Source: Pseudomonadota bacterium
Lineage (GTDB): Bacteria > Pseudomonadota > Gammaproteobacteria > Burkholderiales > SG8-39
Direction: 5' to 3'
DNA length: 54,567 bases
Assembly: GCA_031380765.1 (NCBI GenBank)
Contig: JANMXB010000042.1
Span: 1 to 54,567, forward strand
The notes below the pieces were generated by a model. The model ran no database searches and had not been told where the DNA came from. It saw nothing but the letters and a program-made list of their open reading frames with translations. Below are positions 8,324 through 18,712 of the stretch, piece by piece; the stretch's first letter is position 1, and every line of letters begins with the position of its first letter. A program made the translations under genes and the position numbers.

Positions 8324-9514
8324 ATGAAATTCACCGTAGCAGTTGGCGCGGGCCTGGCGGCAGCCGTCCTCGCCTGCGCATTTCCAGCCGCAGCCCAGAC
8401 CGTCAAGATCGGTCTAATCAGCTCCTACAGCGGTCCGGGCGCAGCACAGGGAGACCAGGTCGACAAGGGCGTCAAGCTCTACATGAAACTGCACGCCGAC
8501 AAGTTGCCTCCCGGGGTCAAGGTCGAGCTCGTGACGCGCGACGATACCGGCCCGAACGGCGACGTGGCCAAACGCATCGCACAGGAACTGATCGTGCGCG
8601 ACAAAGTGCAGATCCTCACGGGAGTAGTGTGGACACCCAACATGGCGGCAATCGCGCCGCTGACCGCTGAAGCCAAAGTCCCGTTCGTCAGTGCAAACGC
8701 AGCCGGGGCCAAGGTGGTTGGCATGTCGCCCTACATGACGCGCTTGTCGTTCACCCTTTGCCAGTCGGCTTATCCGTTAGGCCAGTGGGCGGCGAAGAAG
8801 TACAAGAAAGCCTACTCGGCAGTCAGCGACTTCGCACCCGGCCACGAGGCCGAGGGCTGCTTCGTGCGGGGATTCAAGGAAGGGGGCGGAGAAGTGATCG
8901 GCACGGTGCGCATCCCGCTCGCAAATCCCGACTTCGTGCCCTTCATGCAGCGCATCAAGGACGCCAAGCCCGATGTCCTGTTCGCATTCAATCCGGCGGG
9001 CAAGCAGGCCACCGCGATGATGAAAGCGTATGGCGACCTCGGCATGGATAAGGCCAACATAAAGTACCTGGGTACGGGCGATATTACGACCGACGAGGAG
9101 TTGCAGGGCATGGGTGACGCCGCCATTGGCGTAATCACGGTGCACCACTATTCCGCCGCCGCCGAGCGTCCGGCCAATAAGGCGTTCGTGGCCGCCTACA
9201 AGAAGGAGTACGGCGCGGACCTGAATCCGGGCTTCATGGTGGTTGGTGCCTGGGATGCCATGGATGCCATCTACACCGCAATCCGCGCGCAGGGCGGCAA
9301 GATCGATCCGGACAAGACGATGGAAATCCTGAAGAATTACAAGAGCACTACCAGCCCGCGCGGAACGGTATCGGTCGATCCCGAAACACGGGACGTCATC
9401 AATCCTGAGTACCTGCGCGAGGTGCGCAAGGTCGGCGGCAAGCTCGCGAACGTGGAGTTGGAGACGCTGACCACGGCGATCAAAGATCCATTGAAGGAAT
9501 TCGAGAAGAAGTAG
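8324..9514 (+). CDS. ABC transporter substrate-binding protein, LivK/branched-chain-amino-acid type (often aromatic-acid binding)
   Basis: The 396-aa ORF has a signal peptide (AFPAAAQ) and the type-I periplasmic binding fold pattern. GGAGGAG lies upstream of the start. Confidence 0.85.
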   Translation: MKFTVAVGAGLAAAVLACAFPAAAQTVKIGLISSYSGPGAAQGDQVDKGVKLYMKLHADKLPPGVKVELVTRDDTGPNGDVAKRIAQELIVRDKVQILTGVVWTPNMAAIAPLTAEAKVPFVSANAAGAKVVGMSPYMTRLSFTLCQSAYPLGQWAAKKYKKAYSAVSDFAPGHEAEGCFVRGFKEGGGEVIGTVRIPLANPDFVPFMQRIKDAKPDVLFAFNPAGKQATAMMKAYGDLGMDKANIKYLGTGDITTDEELQGMGDAAIGVITVHHYSAAAERPANKAFVAAYKKEYGADLNPGFMVVGAWDAMDAIYTAIRAQGGKIDPDKTMEILKNYKSTTSPRGTVSVDPETRDVINPEYLREVRKVGGKLANVELETLTTAIKDPLKEFEKK

Positions 9515-9523
9515 CGCCTCAGA

Positions 9524-9560
9524 GGCCCCCGCGCACTTCTTGGGCGCGGGGGTTTTTTTT
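9524..9560 (+). terminator. Rho-independent terminator after the substrate-binding-protein gene
   Basis: GGCCCCCGCGC-loop-GCGCGGGGG is followed by T8, lying between the SBP gene and the permease genes. Confidence 0.7.
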
Positions 9561-9583
9561 GCCCGGGAAAACCAACCCCCAGA

Positions 9584-10459
9584 ATGGAAGCTTTCCTCTC
9601 GTCCCTGATCAGTGTCGCATTTCACGGCCTCGCGTACGGGATGGTGCTGTATGTGATCTCGGTCGGGCTTTCGGTCACCATGGGTTTGATGGGATTCACC
9701 AACCTGGCGCACGGCGTGTTCGCGATGGCGGGCGGCTACATCCTGGTTTCGTGCCTGAGCCGATTTCACGTGCCGTTTCCCTTGGCTTTGGCGCTGTCGT
9801 TCCTCCTCGTGGCTGCGGCAAGTGTCATTCTCGAGCGCTTGCTTTACTCGCGTCTCTACGGGGCTTCCGAACTCGAGCAGGTGCTCTTTACGATCGGACT
9901 CATCTTCATGTCCGTCGCCGTCGCGCGGCTTATTTTCGGCACCCTGCAGCAGCCAGTTCTGTTGCCGGACTACCTTAAAGGCCAGTTTCCTCTGCTCGGC
10001 CGGGATTTTCCCGCGTACCGGGTGTTTCTGATCATATTCAGCGCCGTAATGATTGCCGCACTCTGGTTTGGCGTCGAGCGCACGCTTTGGGGTGCAATGG
10101 TTCGCGCGGCCGTGGACAACCGCCCGATGGCGCAGTCGATTGGTATCGACACGCGACGCCTTTTCACGATCACGTTTGCAATCGGGAGCGGCCTTGCCGG
10201 GCTGGGCGGCGCGCTCGGAGCCGATATCGTTGCCATCCAGCCGACCTATCCCTTCGAGCAGCTGGTGTATTTTCTGATCGTCGTATCCGTGGGAGGGCTT
10301 GGCAGCCTGCGCGGCCCGTTTGTCGCCGCACTGCTGATCGGGATAACGGACACCGCATGTAAATACTGGGTGCCGGAGTTCGGGGCGTTCTTTATCTACG
10401 CCGCGACAATCGGCTCGCTGCTGTGGCGCCCGACGGGACTATTCGGAAAGCGCGCATGA
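9584..10459 (+). CDS. Branched-chain-type ABC transporter permease (LivH-like)
   Basis: This is a 291-aa polytopic membrane protein of the LivH family pattern. Confidence 0.85.
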   Translation: MEAFLSSLISVAFHGLAYGMVLYVISVGLSVTMGLMGFTNLAHGVFAMAGGYILVSCLSRFHVPFPLALALSFLLVAAASVILERLLYSRLYGASELEQVLFTIGLIFMSVAVARLIFGTLQQPVLLPDYLKGQFPLLGRDFPAYRVFLIIFSAVMIAALWFGVERTLWGAMVRAAVDNRPMAQSIGIDTRRLFTITFAIGSGLAGLGGALGADIVAIQPTYPFEQLVYFLIVVSVGGLGSLRGPFVAALLIGITDTACKYWVPEFGAFFIYAATIGSLLWRPTGLFGKRA

Positions 10460-11442
10460 ATCATCCCGTCGGCTATCTCGCAGATCCCCGGCTGCGCTGG
10501 ACAGAATGGCTGCCCTGGATCACGGCAATCGCGGTCTTTTTCCTGTTGCCGGACTATCTTTCCCTTGGCGCGCGGGTGTTGACCTACATTCTTTTCGCCT
10601 TGTCACTGGACCTGATCCTTGGTTACGCGGGGATAATCACTCTCGGCCACGCGGCGTTCTTCGGTCTCGGCGCCTACGTCACCGGCATTCTTGCGGCAAA
10701 ACTCGGCGTCACCGATCCCATTCTTCAGATGATCGCAAGTGCTGCGGCCGCCGCACTGCTCGGTCTGGGCACAGGCGCGGTGGTTCTGCGGACACATGGC
10801 CTCACGCAACTCATGCTTACGCTTGCGGTCGCCGCGGTTTGCCTGGAGGTTGCCAACAAGGCCACCCCCGTCACCGGCGGTGCAGACGGATTGTCGGGCG
10901 TGGTGATCGCACCGATCCTTGGCCAGTTCAAGTTCGACATGTACGGCAAGACCGGATACTTGTGGTGCCTGGCGCTGGTGTTTGCCGGCTGGATGCTGAT
11001 CCGCCGGCTGATCTATTCGCCCTTCGGCGCTTCGCTCACCGGCATCCGTGAGAACAGTGTCCGGATGCATGCCGTGGGTGCCCCCGTCTACAGGCGTCTG
11101 CTGCAGGTCTACACGGTCTCGGCGGCCATCGCGGGGGTCGCAGGTGCTCTTCTGACGCAGACCAATCAATTTGTCGGCCTCAATGTGCTTGGCTTCGAGC
11201 CTTCCGGCGAACTTCTGGTGATGCTCATCCTTGGCGGCGTCGGCCGCCTTTATGGAGCATTCGTCGGCCCGCTTATTTTCCTCATAGCGCAGGACTTCCT
11301 CGCCAAGCAGTTTCCGGAATACTGGTATTTCGGTATTGGCCTCATGCTCGTGATCGTAGTCTTGTTCGCGCGCGGCGGACTTCTCGGAATATCAGACGCG
11401 CTGATTGCGAAGGTGCGCGCGCGCTCCGGAGCCAAGCCGTGA
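10456..11442 (+). CDS. Branched-chain-type ABC transporter permease (LivM-like)
   Basis: This is a polytopic membrane protein. The ATG at 10456 overlaps the livH-like stop (ATGA). Confidence 0.8.
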   Translation: MNHPVGYLADPRLRWTEWLPWITAIAVFFLLPDYLSLGARVLTYILFALSLDLILGYAGIITLGHAAFFGLGAYVTGILAAKLGVTDPILQMIASAAAAALLGLGTGAVVLRTHGLTQLMLTLAVAAVCLEVANKATPVTGGADGLSGVVIAPILGQFKFDMYGKTGYLWCLALVFAGWMLIRRLIYSPFGASLTGIRENSVRMHAVGAPVYRRLLQVYTVSAAIAGVAGALLTQTNQFVGLNVLGFEPSGELLVMLILGGVGRLYGAFVGPLIFLIAQDFLAKQFPEYWYFGIGLMLVIVVLFARGGLLGISDALIAKVRARSGAKP

Positions 11443-12188
11443 CCACAGTGCTGGAAACCGAACGCCTGTGCAAGAGTTTCGGGGCATTGACCGTAGCGGA
11501 GAACATAAACTTTCGGCTCGAGGCCGGCGCGCGCCACGCCCTCATCGGTCCTAACGGAGCGGGCAAGACAACCTTCGTAAACATGCTTACCGGACGCCTT
11601 CCGCCCACTTCGGGCAGAGTGCTGCTTGGCGGCGATGATGTTACGCAGCTGGCGCAAGCGGAGCGGGTCAAGCGGGGTCTCGGGCGCACCTTCCAGATCA
11701 ATTCGCTGTTTCGCGACATGAGCGTTCTGGACAACGTGGCGCTGGGGATCGCCGAGCGCCATGGGATCTCGGGAAAGTTGTGGCGGCCGGCGAGCACCTA
11801 TCGCGCTGTGCGTGATGAAGCGGCGGAATTGCTTTCGACGCTCGGAATTTCGGACGAAGCACACCGACGCGTGGTTGAACTTCCCTACGGCAAGCAACGA
11901 CTGGTGGAAATCGCCATTGCACTGGGACTCAAGCCCAGGGTGCTGTTGCTGGATGAGCCTGCGGCGGGCGTGCCTTCGCTCGAATCGGAGCGCATCGTGC
12001 AGGCGCTGGACACGCTGCCTGCGGACATCGCCATCCTTATCATCGAGCATGATATGGAGTTGGTGTTTCGTTTCGCGCGGCGTATCACAGTCCTTGTCCA
12101 GGGGGAGGTCCTGTGCGAGGGCACGCCGGAGGAGATTGCGGGCGATCGTCGGGTGCACCAGGTCTATCTGGGGGAGCGCCATGCCTGA
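11439..12188 (+). CDS. ABC transporter ATP-binding protein (LivG-like)
   Basis: It has Walker A GPNGAGKTT and a LivG-type LPYGKQRLVEIA signature. The GTG start overlaps the upstream stop. Confidence 0.85.
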   Translation: MTTVLETERLCKSFGALTVAENINFRLEAGARHALIGPNGAGKTTFVNMLTGRLPPTSGRVLLGGDDVTQLAQAERVKRGLGRTFQINSLFRDMSVLDNVALGIAERHGISGKLWRPASTYRAVRDEAAELLSTLGISDEAHRRVVELPYGKQRLVEIAIALGLKPRVLLLDEPAAGVPSLESERIVQALDTLPADIAILIIEHDMELVFRFARRITVLVQGEVLCEGTPEEIAGDRRVHQVYLGERHA

Positions 12189-12882
12189 GGCGCTCAAGCT
12201 TGACGGCGTCGGCGCGGGTTACGGACCGACCGTGGTGCTCGAGGACGTGAGTTTCATTCTTGAAGAACGCGGAACCCTTGCGGTCCTCGGCCGCAATGGC
12301 GTTGGCAAGTCGACCCTGCTCGCCACCATCATGGGGCTTACGACGTTTCACGCCGGCAGCATCCGCGCTAACGGCCAGCCGATCGAGAAAATGCCGGTGC
12401 ATCGGCGCTCGCGGCTCGGCATCGGGTATGTCCCGCAGACGCGGGATATTTTTGCCTCCCTTTCGGTGGAGGAGAACCTGGCGGTCGCCGCGCGGACGGG
12501 GCGCTGGTCCCTTGGACGTGTTTACGATCTGTTCCCGCGTTTGAGCGAGCGTCGCTCGCACATGGGCAATCAGATTTCGGGGGGCGAGCAGCAGATGCTG
12601 GCCATCGGCAGGGCGCTTATGGGAGATCCCTCCTTGCTGCTTCTCGATGAGCCCCTCGAAGGCCTCGCCCCGATCATCGTGGACACCCTGCTCGCGGCAA
12701 TACAGCGGCTGATTCGCGAAGAGGCGTTATCGGTTGTCCTTGTCGAGCAATCAGCCAAGCTGGCGCTCGAGGTGACGGACCGTGCGCTTGTCCTGAATCG
12801 CGGTCGCATAGTTTTCGAGGGAGCCAGCGAGCAGCTTCTTGCCGATCCGGAGCGCCTGAGCGAGCTCGTGGTTGCAGGCTGA
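12181..12882 (+). CDS. ABC transporter ATP-binding protein (LivF-like)
   Basis: It has Walker A GRNGVGKST, signature SGGEQQML and Walker B LLLLDEP. The ATG at 12181 overlaps the end of the livG-like gene. Confidence 0.85.
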   Translation: MPEALKLDGVGAGYGPTVVLEDVSFILEERGTLAVLGRNGVGKSTLLATIMGLTTFHAGSIRANGQPIEKMPVHRRSRLGIGYVPQTRDIFASLSVEENLAVAARTGRWSLGRVYDLFPRLSERRSHMGNQISGGEQQMLAIGRALMGDPSLLLLDEPLEGLAPIIVDTLLAAIQRLIREEALSVVLVEQSAKLALEVTDRALVLNRGRIVFEGASEQLLADPERLSELVVAG

Positions 12883-12900
12883 CGCCGTAAGGGCGATGCC

Positions 12901-12929
12901 GGGAAAAGAACGGGCGCCCGAAGGCGCCC
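12901..12929 (-). terminator. Second (distal) terminator hairpin downstream of amtB
   Basis: The minus strand reads GGGCGCC-UUCG-GGCGCCC followed by GUUCUUUUCCC. Confidence 0.5.
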
Positions 12930-12950
12930 AAGACTAGGAGGAGGACCTAG

Positions 12951-12989
12951 AAAAACCTGGAGTGCGCGGCCCTGGTCGGCCGCGCACTC
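12951..12989 (-). terminator. Terminator hairpin immediately downstream of amtB
   Basis: A perfect 12-bp stem GAGUGCGCGGCC / GGCCGCGCACUC with a 6-nt loop is followed on the minus strand by CAGGUUUUU. Confidence 0.6.
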
Positions 12990-12994
12990 GTGTC

Positions 12995-14494
12995 TTACAT
13001 GCGATACGCGCCTTCGCCGTGGGAGGAAACGTCCAGACCTTCGCGCTCTTGCTCCTCGGTTACGCGCAAGCCGATAGTGAGATCGACCAGTTTGAAGGCA
13101 ATGAACGCAACGACCCCGGACCATATAACGGTCGTCAGGCAGCCGGTCGCCTGAATGACAACCTGGTCCCAGATCGAATAGCTGTCGCCGACTTTGTTGG
13201 CCACGTAGTCGTATATTCCGGCACCGCCGAGCGACGGGGCGGCGAATACACCGGTAAGCAGCGCGCCGGTTGCTCCGCCGATGCCGTGCACGCCGAATAC
13301 GTCGAGCGAGTCGTCCGCGCCCAGCAGGCGCTTAAGGCCATTCACGCCCCAGTAGCACACGAGACCCGCGATCACGCCAATCACCAGAGCGCCCATCGTC
13401 CCGACGAACCCGCACGCCGGCGTGATCGCGACCAGTCCTGCCACGGCTCCGGACACCGCTCCGAGCATCGAAGCTTTGCCCTTGCCAAACGATTCGATCA
13501 GGGACCAGGCGAGCGTCGCCGAGGCGGTAGCGACCAGAGTGTTCAGGAAGGCCATCGCAGTGGTGCCGTTCGCCTCGAGGTTCGAGCCGGCATTGAATCC
13601 AAACCAGCCCACCCACAACAGGCACGCGCCAATCATCGTAATCGGCAGATTGTGCGGCGCCATCGATTCCTTGCCGTATCCGACGCGCTTGCCAATCACA
13701 TAAGCGCCGACCAGTCCGGCGACACCGGCGTTGAGGTGCACGACGGTACCGCCTGCGAAATCAAGTGCGCCCTTGGCCCATAGCCATCCTGCGGCGGCCG
13801 TCACGGTTTCCAGCGTCTTCGCGTCCGTGATTGCGTCGGGGCCGTCCCAGTACCACACCATGTGCGCGATGGGCAGGTAGGCAAACGTGAACCAGAGAAC
13901 GAGGAACACCAGGACCGCGGAGAACTTCACCCGTTCCGCAAACGCTCCGACGATCAACGCAGGGGTAATGGCGGCAAAGGTCAGCTGGAACGCCACGAAC
14001 GCCAGCTCTGGAATCGCAACGCCTTTGGAGAAAGTCGCCGCCACCGCGTCGGCATTGACTCCGGCAAGGAACATCTTCGAGAACCCGCCGAAAAACGCGT
14101 TGCCGCCGCTGAAGGCCACCGAGTATCCGTAAATGACCCACAGCACGGCGATCATGCAGAAGCAAACGAACACCTGCATGAGTACCGACAGGACGTTCTT
14201 CGAGCGCACCATGCCGGCATAGAAAAGCGCGAGACCCGGGATGGTCATGAGGATAACCAAAGCCGTCGCTATGAGCATCCAGGCAGTGTCGCCTTTGTCG
14301 ACTTTTGGCTTGGGCGCTTCTGCCGGTTTTGCGTCTGAGGCCGGTGCGGCGGCAGGCTTGGCAGCTTCAGCCGGTGCGGCTGCCGCGGGTCTTGCGTCGG
14401 GTGGCGGCGCAGCCGCCGGCTTGTCCTGCGCGAAGGCGTTGCCGCCAAACGCAAGCGCCGACGTGAGCGCCATGTATGCAAACAATTTTTTCAT
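12995..14494 (-). CDS. amtB: Ammonium transporter with signal peptide and Ala/Pro-rich N-terminal linker
   Basis: Amt family motifs are present (LDFAGGTVVHLNAG, VFGVHGIGGATGALLTG). I chose the start at MKKLFAYMAL (GGAG 10 nt upstream). Confidence 0.9.
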   Translation of the reverse strand: MKKLFAYMALTSALAFGGNAFAQDKPAAAPPPDARPAAAAPAEAAKPAAAPASDAKPAEAPKPKVDKGDTAWMLIATALVILMTIPGLALFYAGMVRSKNVLSVLMQVFVCFCMIAVLWVIYGYSVAFSGGNAFFGGFSKMFLAGVNADAVAATFSKGVAIPELAFVAFQLTFAAITPALIVGAFAERVKFSAVLVFLVLWFTFAYLPIAHMVWYWDGPDAITDAKTLETVTAAAGWLWAKGALDFAGGTVVHLNAGVAGLVGAYVIGKRVGYGKESMAPHNLPITMIGACLLWVGWFGFNAGSNLEANGTTAMAFLNTLVATASATLAWSLIESFGKGKASMLGAVSGAVAGLVAITPACGFVGTMGALVIGVIAGLVCYWGVNGLKRLLGADDSLDVFGVHGIGGATGALLTGVFAAPSLGGAGIYDYVANKVGDSYSIWDQVVIQATGCLTTVIWSGVVAFIAFKLVDLTIGLRVTEEQEREGLDVSSHGEGAYRM

Positions 14495-14507
14495 TTTTCC
14501 CATCTCC

Positions 14508-15762
<1,255 letters not shown>

Positions 15763-15800
15763 GACGAGGAACTCCCCTGTTTAAGAATGCTGTAACAGTT

Positions 15801-15817
15801 AGCATCTCTCGTGCCAG
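15801..15817 (-). promoter_or_regulatory. Sigma-54 (-24/-12) promoter for the porin-glnK-amtB operon
   Basis: The minus strand reads CTGGCAC-GAGAG-ATGCT (consensus TGGCAC-N5-TTGCW), about 40 nt upstream of the porin ATG. Confidence 0.65.
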
Positions 15818-15876
15818 AAAATAAACTGCATTAATTCATAGTGTTGCTCGCGGTCTGCCGACAGTAACGCAATCGA

Positions 15877-15894
15877 TCGCACGGGATTGGTGCA
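15877..15894. promoter_or_regulatory. NtrC-type enhancer site
   Basis: TCGCAC-GGGATTG-GTGCA has the GCAC-N7-GTGC dyad of the TGCACC-N5-GGTGCA consensus. It lies about 60 nt upstream of the -24 element, with an AT-rich (IHF-like) spacer between them. Confidence 0.5.
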
Positions 15895-16031
15895 GACGAT
15901 GGACAAGTTGGGTCGCAGTGGTGCGGCTCGGAGAGTCGATTTTCCGTTCCCCGGCGATGCATTTGGCCGGTGCTAAACTCGATCAGAACGAATTTCCTCT
16001 TCCGGCTCGCCGGACAACCGGTTCTTGCCCT

Positions 16032-16286
16032 GTGACCGACCCTCGCCTGCTCGATGAAATAGGGGCAAAGCTTTCCGAAATCCTGGCGAAATCTCCCGCT
16101 GCGGATATCGAAAGGAATGCCCACGCGCTATTGGCGGCATTTTTCGATCGCTTCGACCTGGTCACACGCGACGACTTTGAGGTGCAGAAGCGCGTGCTGG
16201 AGCGCGCAGTGGCTCGCATTGCAGAGCTTGAACTTCGCCTCGGTTTGACCGAATCGGGCGAAGCCGGCGATCGGCCGCACCGTTGA
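16032..16286 (+). CDS. ubiK: UbiK/YqiC family accessory factor (DUF526)
   Basis: DPRLLDEIGAKLSEIL...FDLVTRDDFEVQKRVLERAVARIAELELRL matches E. coli YqiC. The start is uncertain: GTG 16032 is preferred, and the ORF is open from 15918. Confidence 0.7.
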   Translation: MTDPRLLDEIGAKLSEILAKSPAADIERNAHALLAAFFDRFDLVTRDDFEVQKRVLERAVARIAELELRLGLTESGEAGDRPHR

Positions 16287-16366
16287 TCCCTTTGGTGCGG
16301 GTGTAAACCGCGCCGCCGCAACCCCGTTCATAAGAGCCTGGGCGCAATTTACGCCGGGAGAAATGG

Positions 16367-17857
16367 ATGGCGCTTGCCGTTGTGCGGAGCCGCGCGCTCA
16401 TCGGGATTCGCGCACCGGAGGTAACGGTCGAGGTCCATCTGGGCCCCGGCCTGCCGACATTCGCAATTGTTGGCCTGCCGGACGCGGGGGTGCGTGAGGC
16501 CAAGGACCGGGTTCGGGCGGCTCTCAATCATGCGCAGTTCGAATTTCCGGCACGTCGCATCACGGTCAATCTCGCGCCGGCCGATCTGCCAAAGGATTCG
16601 AGCCGGCTGGATTTGCCGATCGCGCTCGGTATTTTGGCCGCGAGCGGACAGATCCCGGCGGCGGCGCTGGACGCCCATGAGTTCGCCGGCGAGTTGTCGC
16701 TTACCGGCGAATTGCGGCCGGTCCGCGGCGCTTTGGCGATGGCGCTCGCGTCACGTGGCCGCGCATTCATATTGCCCGCTCTTAACGCACCCGAGGCGGC
16801 GGTTTCTGGCGCCCGGGCGATCCTTCCGGCAAGGACCCTTCTTGAGGTCTGCGCCCATCTGACGGGTGAATGCCCGCTGTTGCGCTACGCAGCCCTCCCC
16901 GAACGACACTTGCCAAGCTATCCCGATATGTCTGACGTTAAAGGACAGCAGCATGTCAAACGCGCTCTGGAAGTCGCGGCCGCGGGCGGTCACAGCCTGT
17001 TGATGATCGGCCCTCCGGGTGCGGGCAAGTCGATGCTGGCCGCGCGCTTTCCGGGATTGCTGCCCGTTCTCAACGAGCATGAGTCGCTCGAAGTCGCCGC
17101 AATTTACTCCGCGGCCGGCGGGTTCGTGCCCGCCCAGTGGGGCGAGCGGCCGTATCGGTCCCCGCATCACACTGCGTCGGCAGTGGCGCTGGTTGGAGGA
17201 GGCAGCAATCCCCGCCCGGGCGAGATCTCCCTCGCCCACCACGGCGTTTTGTTTCTCGACGAACTGCCTGAATATCCGCGCAGCGTTCTCGAGACTTTGC
17301 GCGAACCACTGGAGACCGGAAGTGTGTCTATCGCACGCGCGGCAAGGCACGTCCGGTTTCCCGCCTGCTTCCAGCTGGTGGCGGCCATGAACCCATGCCC
17401 CTGCGGGTATCTCGGCCACCTGTCGGGGAAGTGCCGCTGCACACCGGATGGTGTTGCGCGCTATAGGGGTCGCCTTTCGGGCCCCCTTGCGGACCGCATC
17501 GACCTGAAAATCGAAGTGCCCGCATTGGCAATCGAGGAGTTCAGCACCACCGGCGCGGGCGAGCGAAGCTCTGCGATTCGCGATCGGATCGAACTCGCCC
17601 GTAACATCCAGAACACGCGCCAGGGGCGCTCGAACGCCAGGCTGGGGGTGCATGAAACCGGGATCCACTGCACACCCTGTGCGCAAGGCGAGTCGTTGCT
17701 GCGCCAGTCGATCGAAAGGCTTTCACTGTCGGCGCGCGCGTACCATCGCATTTTGCGCGTGGCACGCAGCATTGCGGATCTCGCCTCCTGCGAGCGAATA
17801 GAGAAATCCCACGTCGCAGAGGCAATCCAGTATCGCCGGTTGGACACGGCATTCTGA
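16367..17857 (+). CDS. comM: YifB/ComM family Mg-chelatase-like AAA+ ATPase
   Basis: The 496-aa ORF has an N-terminal Lon-like domain, Walker A GPPGAGKS and GVLFLDELPEY. Confidence 0.9.
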   Translation: MALAVVRSRALIGIRAPEVTVEVHLGPGLPTFAIVGLPDAGVREAKDRVRAALNHAQFEFPARRITVNLAPADLPKDSSRLDLPIALGILAASGQIPAAALDAHEFAGELSLTGELRPVRGALAMALASRGRAFILPALNAPEAAVSGARAILPARTLLEVCAHLTGECPLLRYAALPERHLPSYPDMSDVKGQQHVKRALEVAAAGGHSLLMIGPPGAGKSMLAARFPGLLPVLNEHESLEVAAIYSAAGGFVPAQWGERPYRSPHHTASAVALVGGGSNPRPGEISLAHHGVLFLDELPEYPRSVLETLREPLETGSVSIARAARHVRFPACFQLVAAMNPCPCGYLGHLSGKCRCTPDGVARYRGRLSGPLADRIDLKIEVPALAIEEFSTTGAGERSSAIRDRIELARNIQNTRQGRSNARLGVHETGIHCTPCAQGESLLRQSIERLSLSARAYHRILRVARSIADLASCERIEKSHVAEAIQYRRLDTAF

Positions 17858-17887
17858 CGTCCATCTTGCTATAGTCCGACGCTCTAA

Positions 17888-18712
17888 ATGGCCACTTACG
17901 CGATCGGCGACGTGCAAGGCTGCATGCGTGAACTCGAAGCGCTCCTCGAAGCCTGTTGCTTCGATAAAGCGATCGACCGCCTGTGGTTTGTCGGCGACCT
18001 GGTCAATCGCGGGCCTGCCTCCCTCGAGGTGTTGCGGTTTGTGAAGGGCCTTGGCGATAGCGCCGCCGTGGTCCTTGGCAACCATGATCTGCATCTGCTA
18101 TGCGTCGCTGAAGGATTTGCCCGGCCGCGCGCGGACGACACGCTCGAAGAGGTCCTCGGCGCACCGGAACGGAACGAACTCCTTCAGTGGCTGCGCTCCA
18201 GGCAATTAATGCATGCGGAAGGCGGCACTGCCCTCGTGCACGCCGGTTTGCTGCCGCAGTGGACTATCTCGAAAGCGCTTGCGCTTGCCAGAGAAGTGGA
18301 GGCTGCATTGCGTGGTCCGAACTATCGCGAGTGCCTGGCCAGGCTGTACGGCAGCGAGCCGTGTGAGTGGAAAGACACGCTCGCCGGACCGGACCGGATT
18401 CGTGTCATCGTGAACGCGATGACGCGAATGCGGTTTTGCACCGTCTCGGGGGAAATGGAATTCCGCGCGAAAGGAAGCCTGCATGCGGCGCCCCCGGGCT
18501 ATCGCGCGTGGTTCGACATTCCTGGCCGTCGCAGCGCCGGCGCAACCGTGATTTGCGGTCACTGGTCGGCGCTGGGGCTGCGGATCCAGTCAGGGCTTAT
18601 CGCGCTCGACAGTGGCTGCGTCTGGGGCGGCGCGCTCAGCGCGGTGCGGATCGCGGATCGTCGCGTTTTTCAGGTGCCCTGTGCGGGGCCTCGAGGCCCA
18701 GGTGGCGACTGA
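17888..18712 (+). CDS. apaH: Bis(5'-nucleosyl)-tetraphosphatase, symmetrical
   Basis: Metallophosphatase motifs are present (YAIGDVQGC, VGDLVNRGP, GNHDLHLL, GHW). Confidence 0.9.
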   Translation: MATYAIGDVQGCMRELEALLEACCFDKAIDRLWFVGDLVNRGPASLEVLRFVKGLGDSAAVVLGNHDLHLLCVAEGFARPRADDTLEEVLGAPERNELLQWLRSRQLMHAEGGTALVHAGLLPQWTISKALALAREVEAALRGPNYRECLARLYGSEPCEWKDTLAGPDRIRVIVNAMTRMRFCTVSGEMEFRAKGSLHAAPPGYRAWFDIPGRRSAGATVICGHWSALGLRIQSGLIALDSGCVWGGALSAVRIADRRVFQVPCAGPRGPGGD

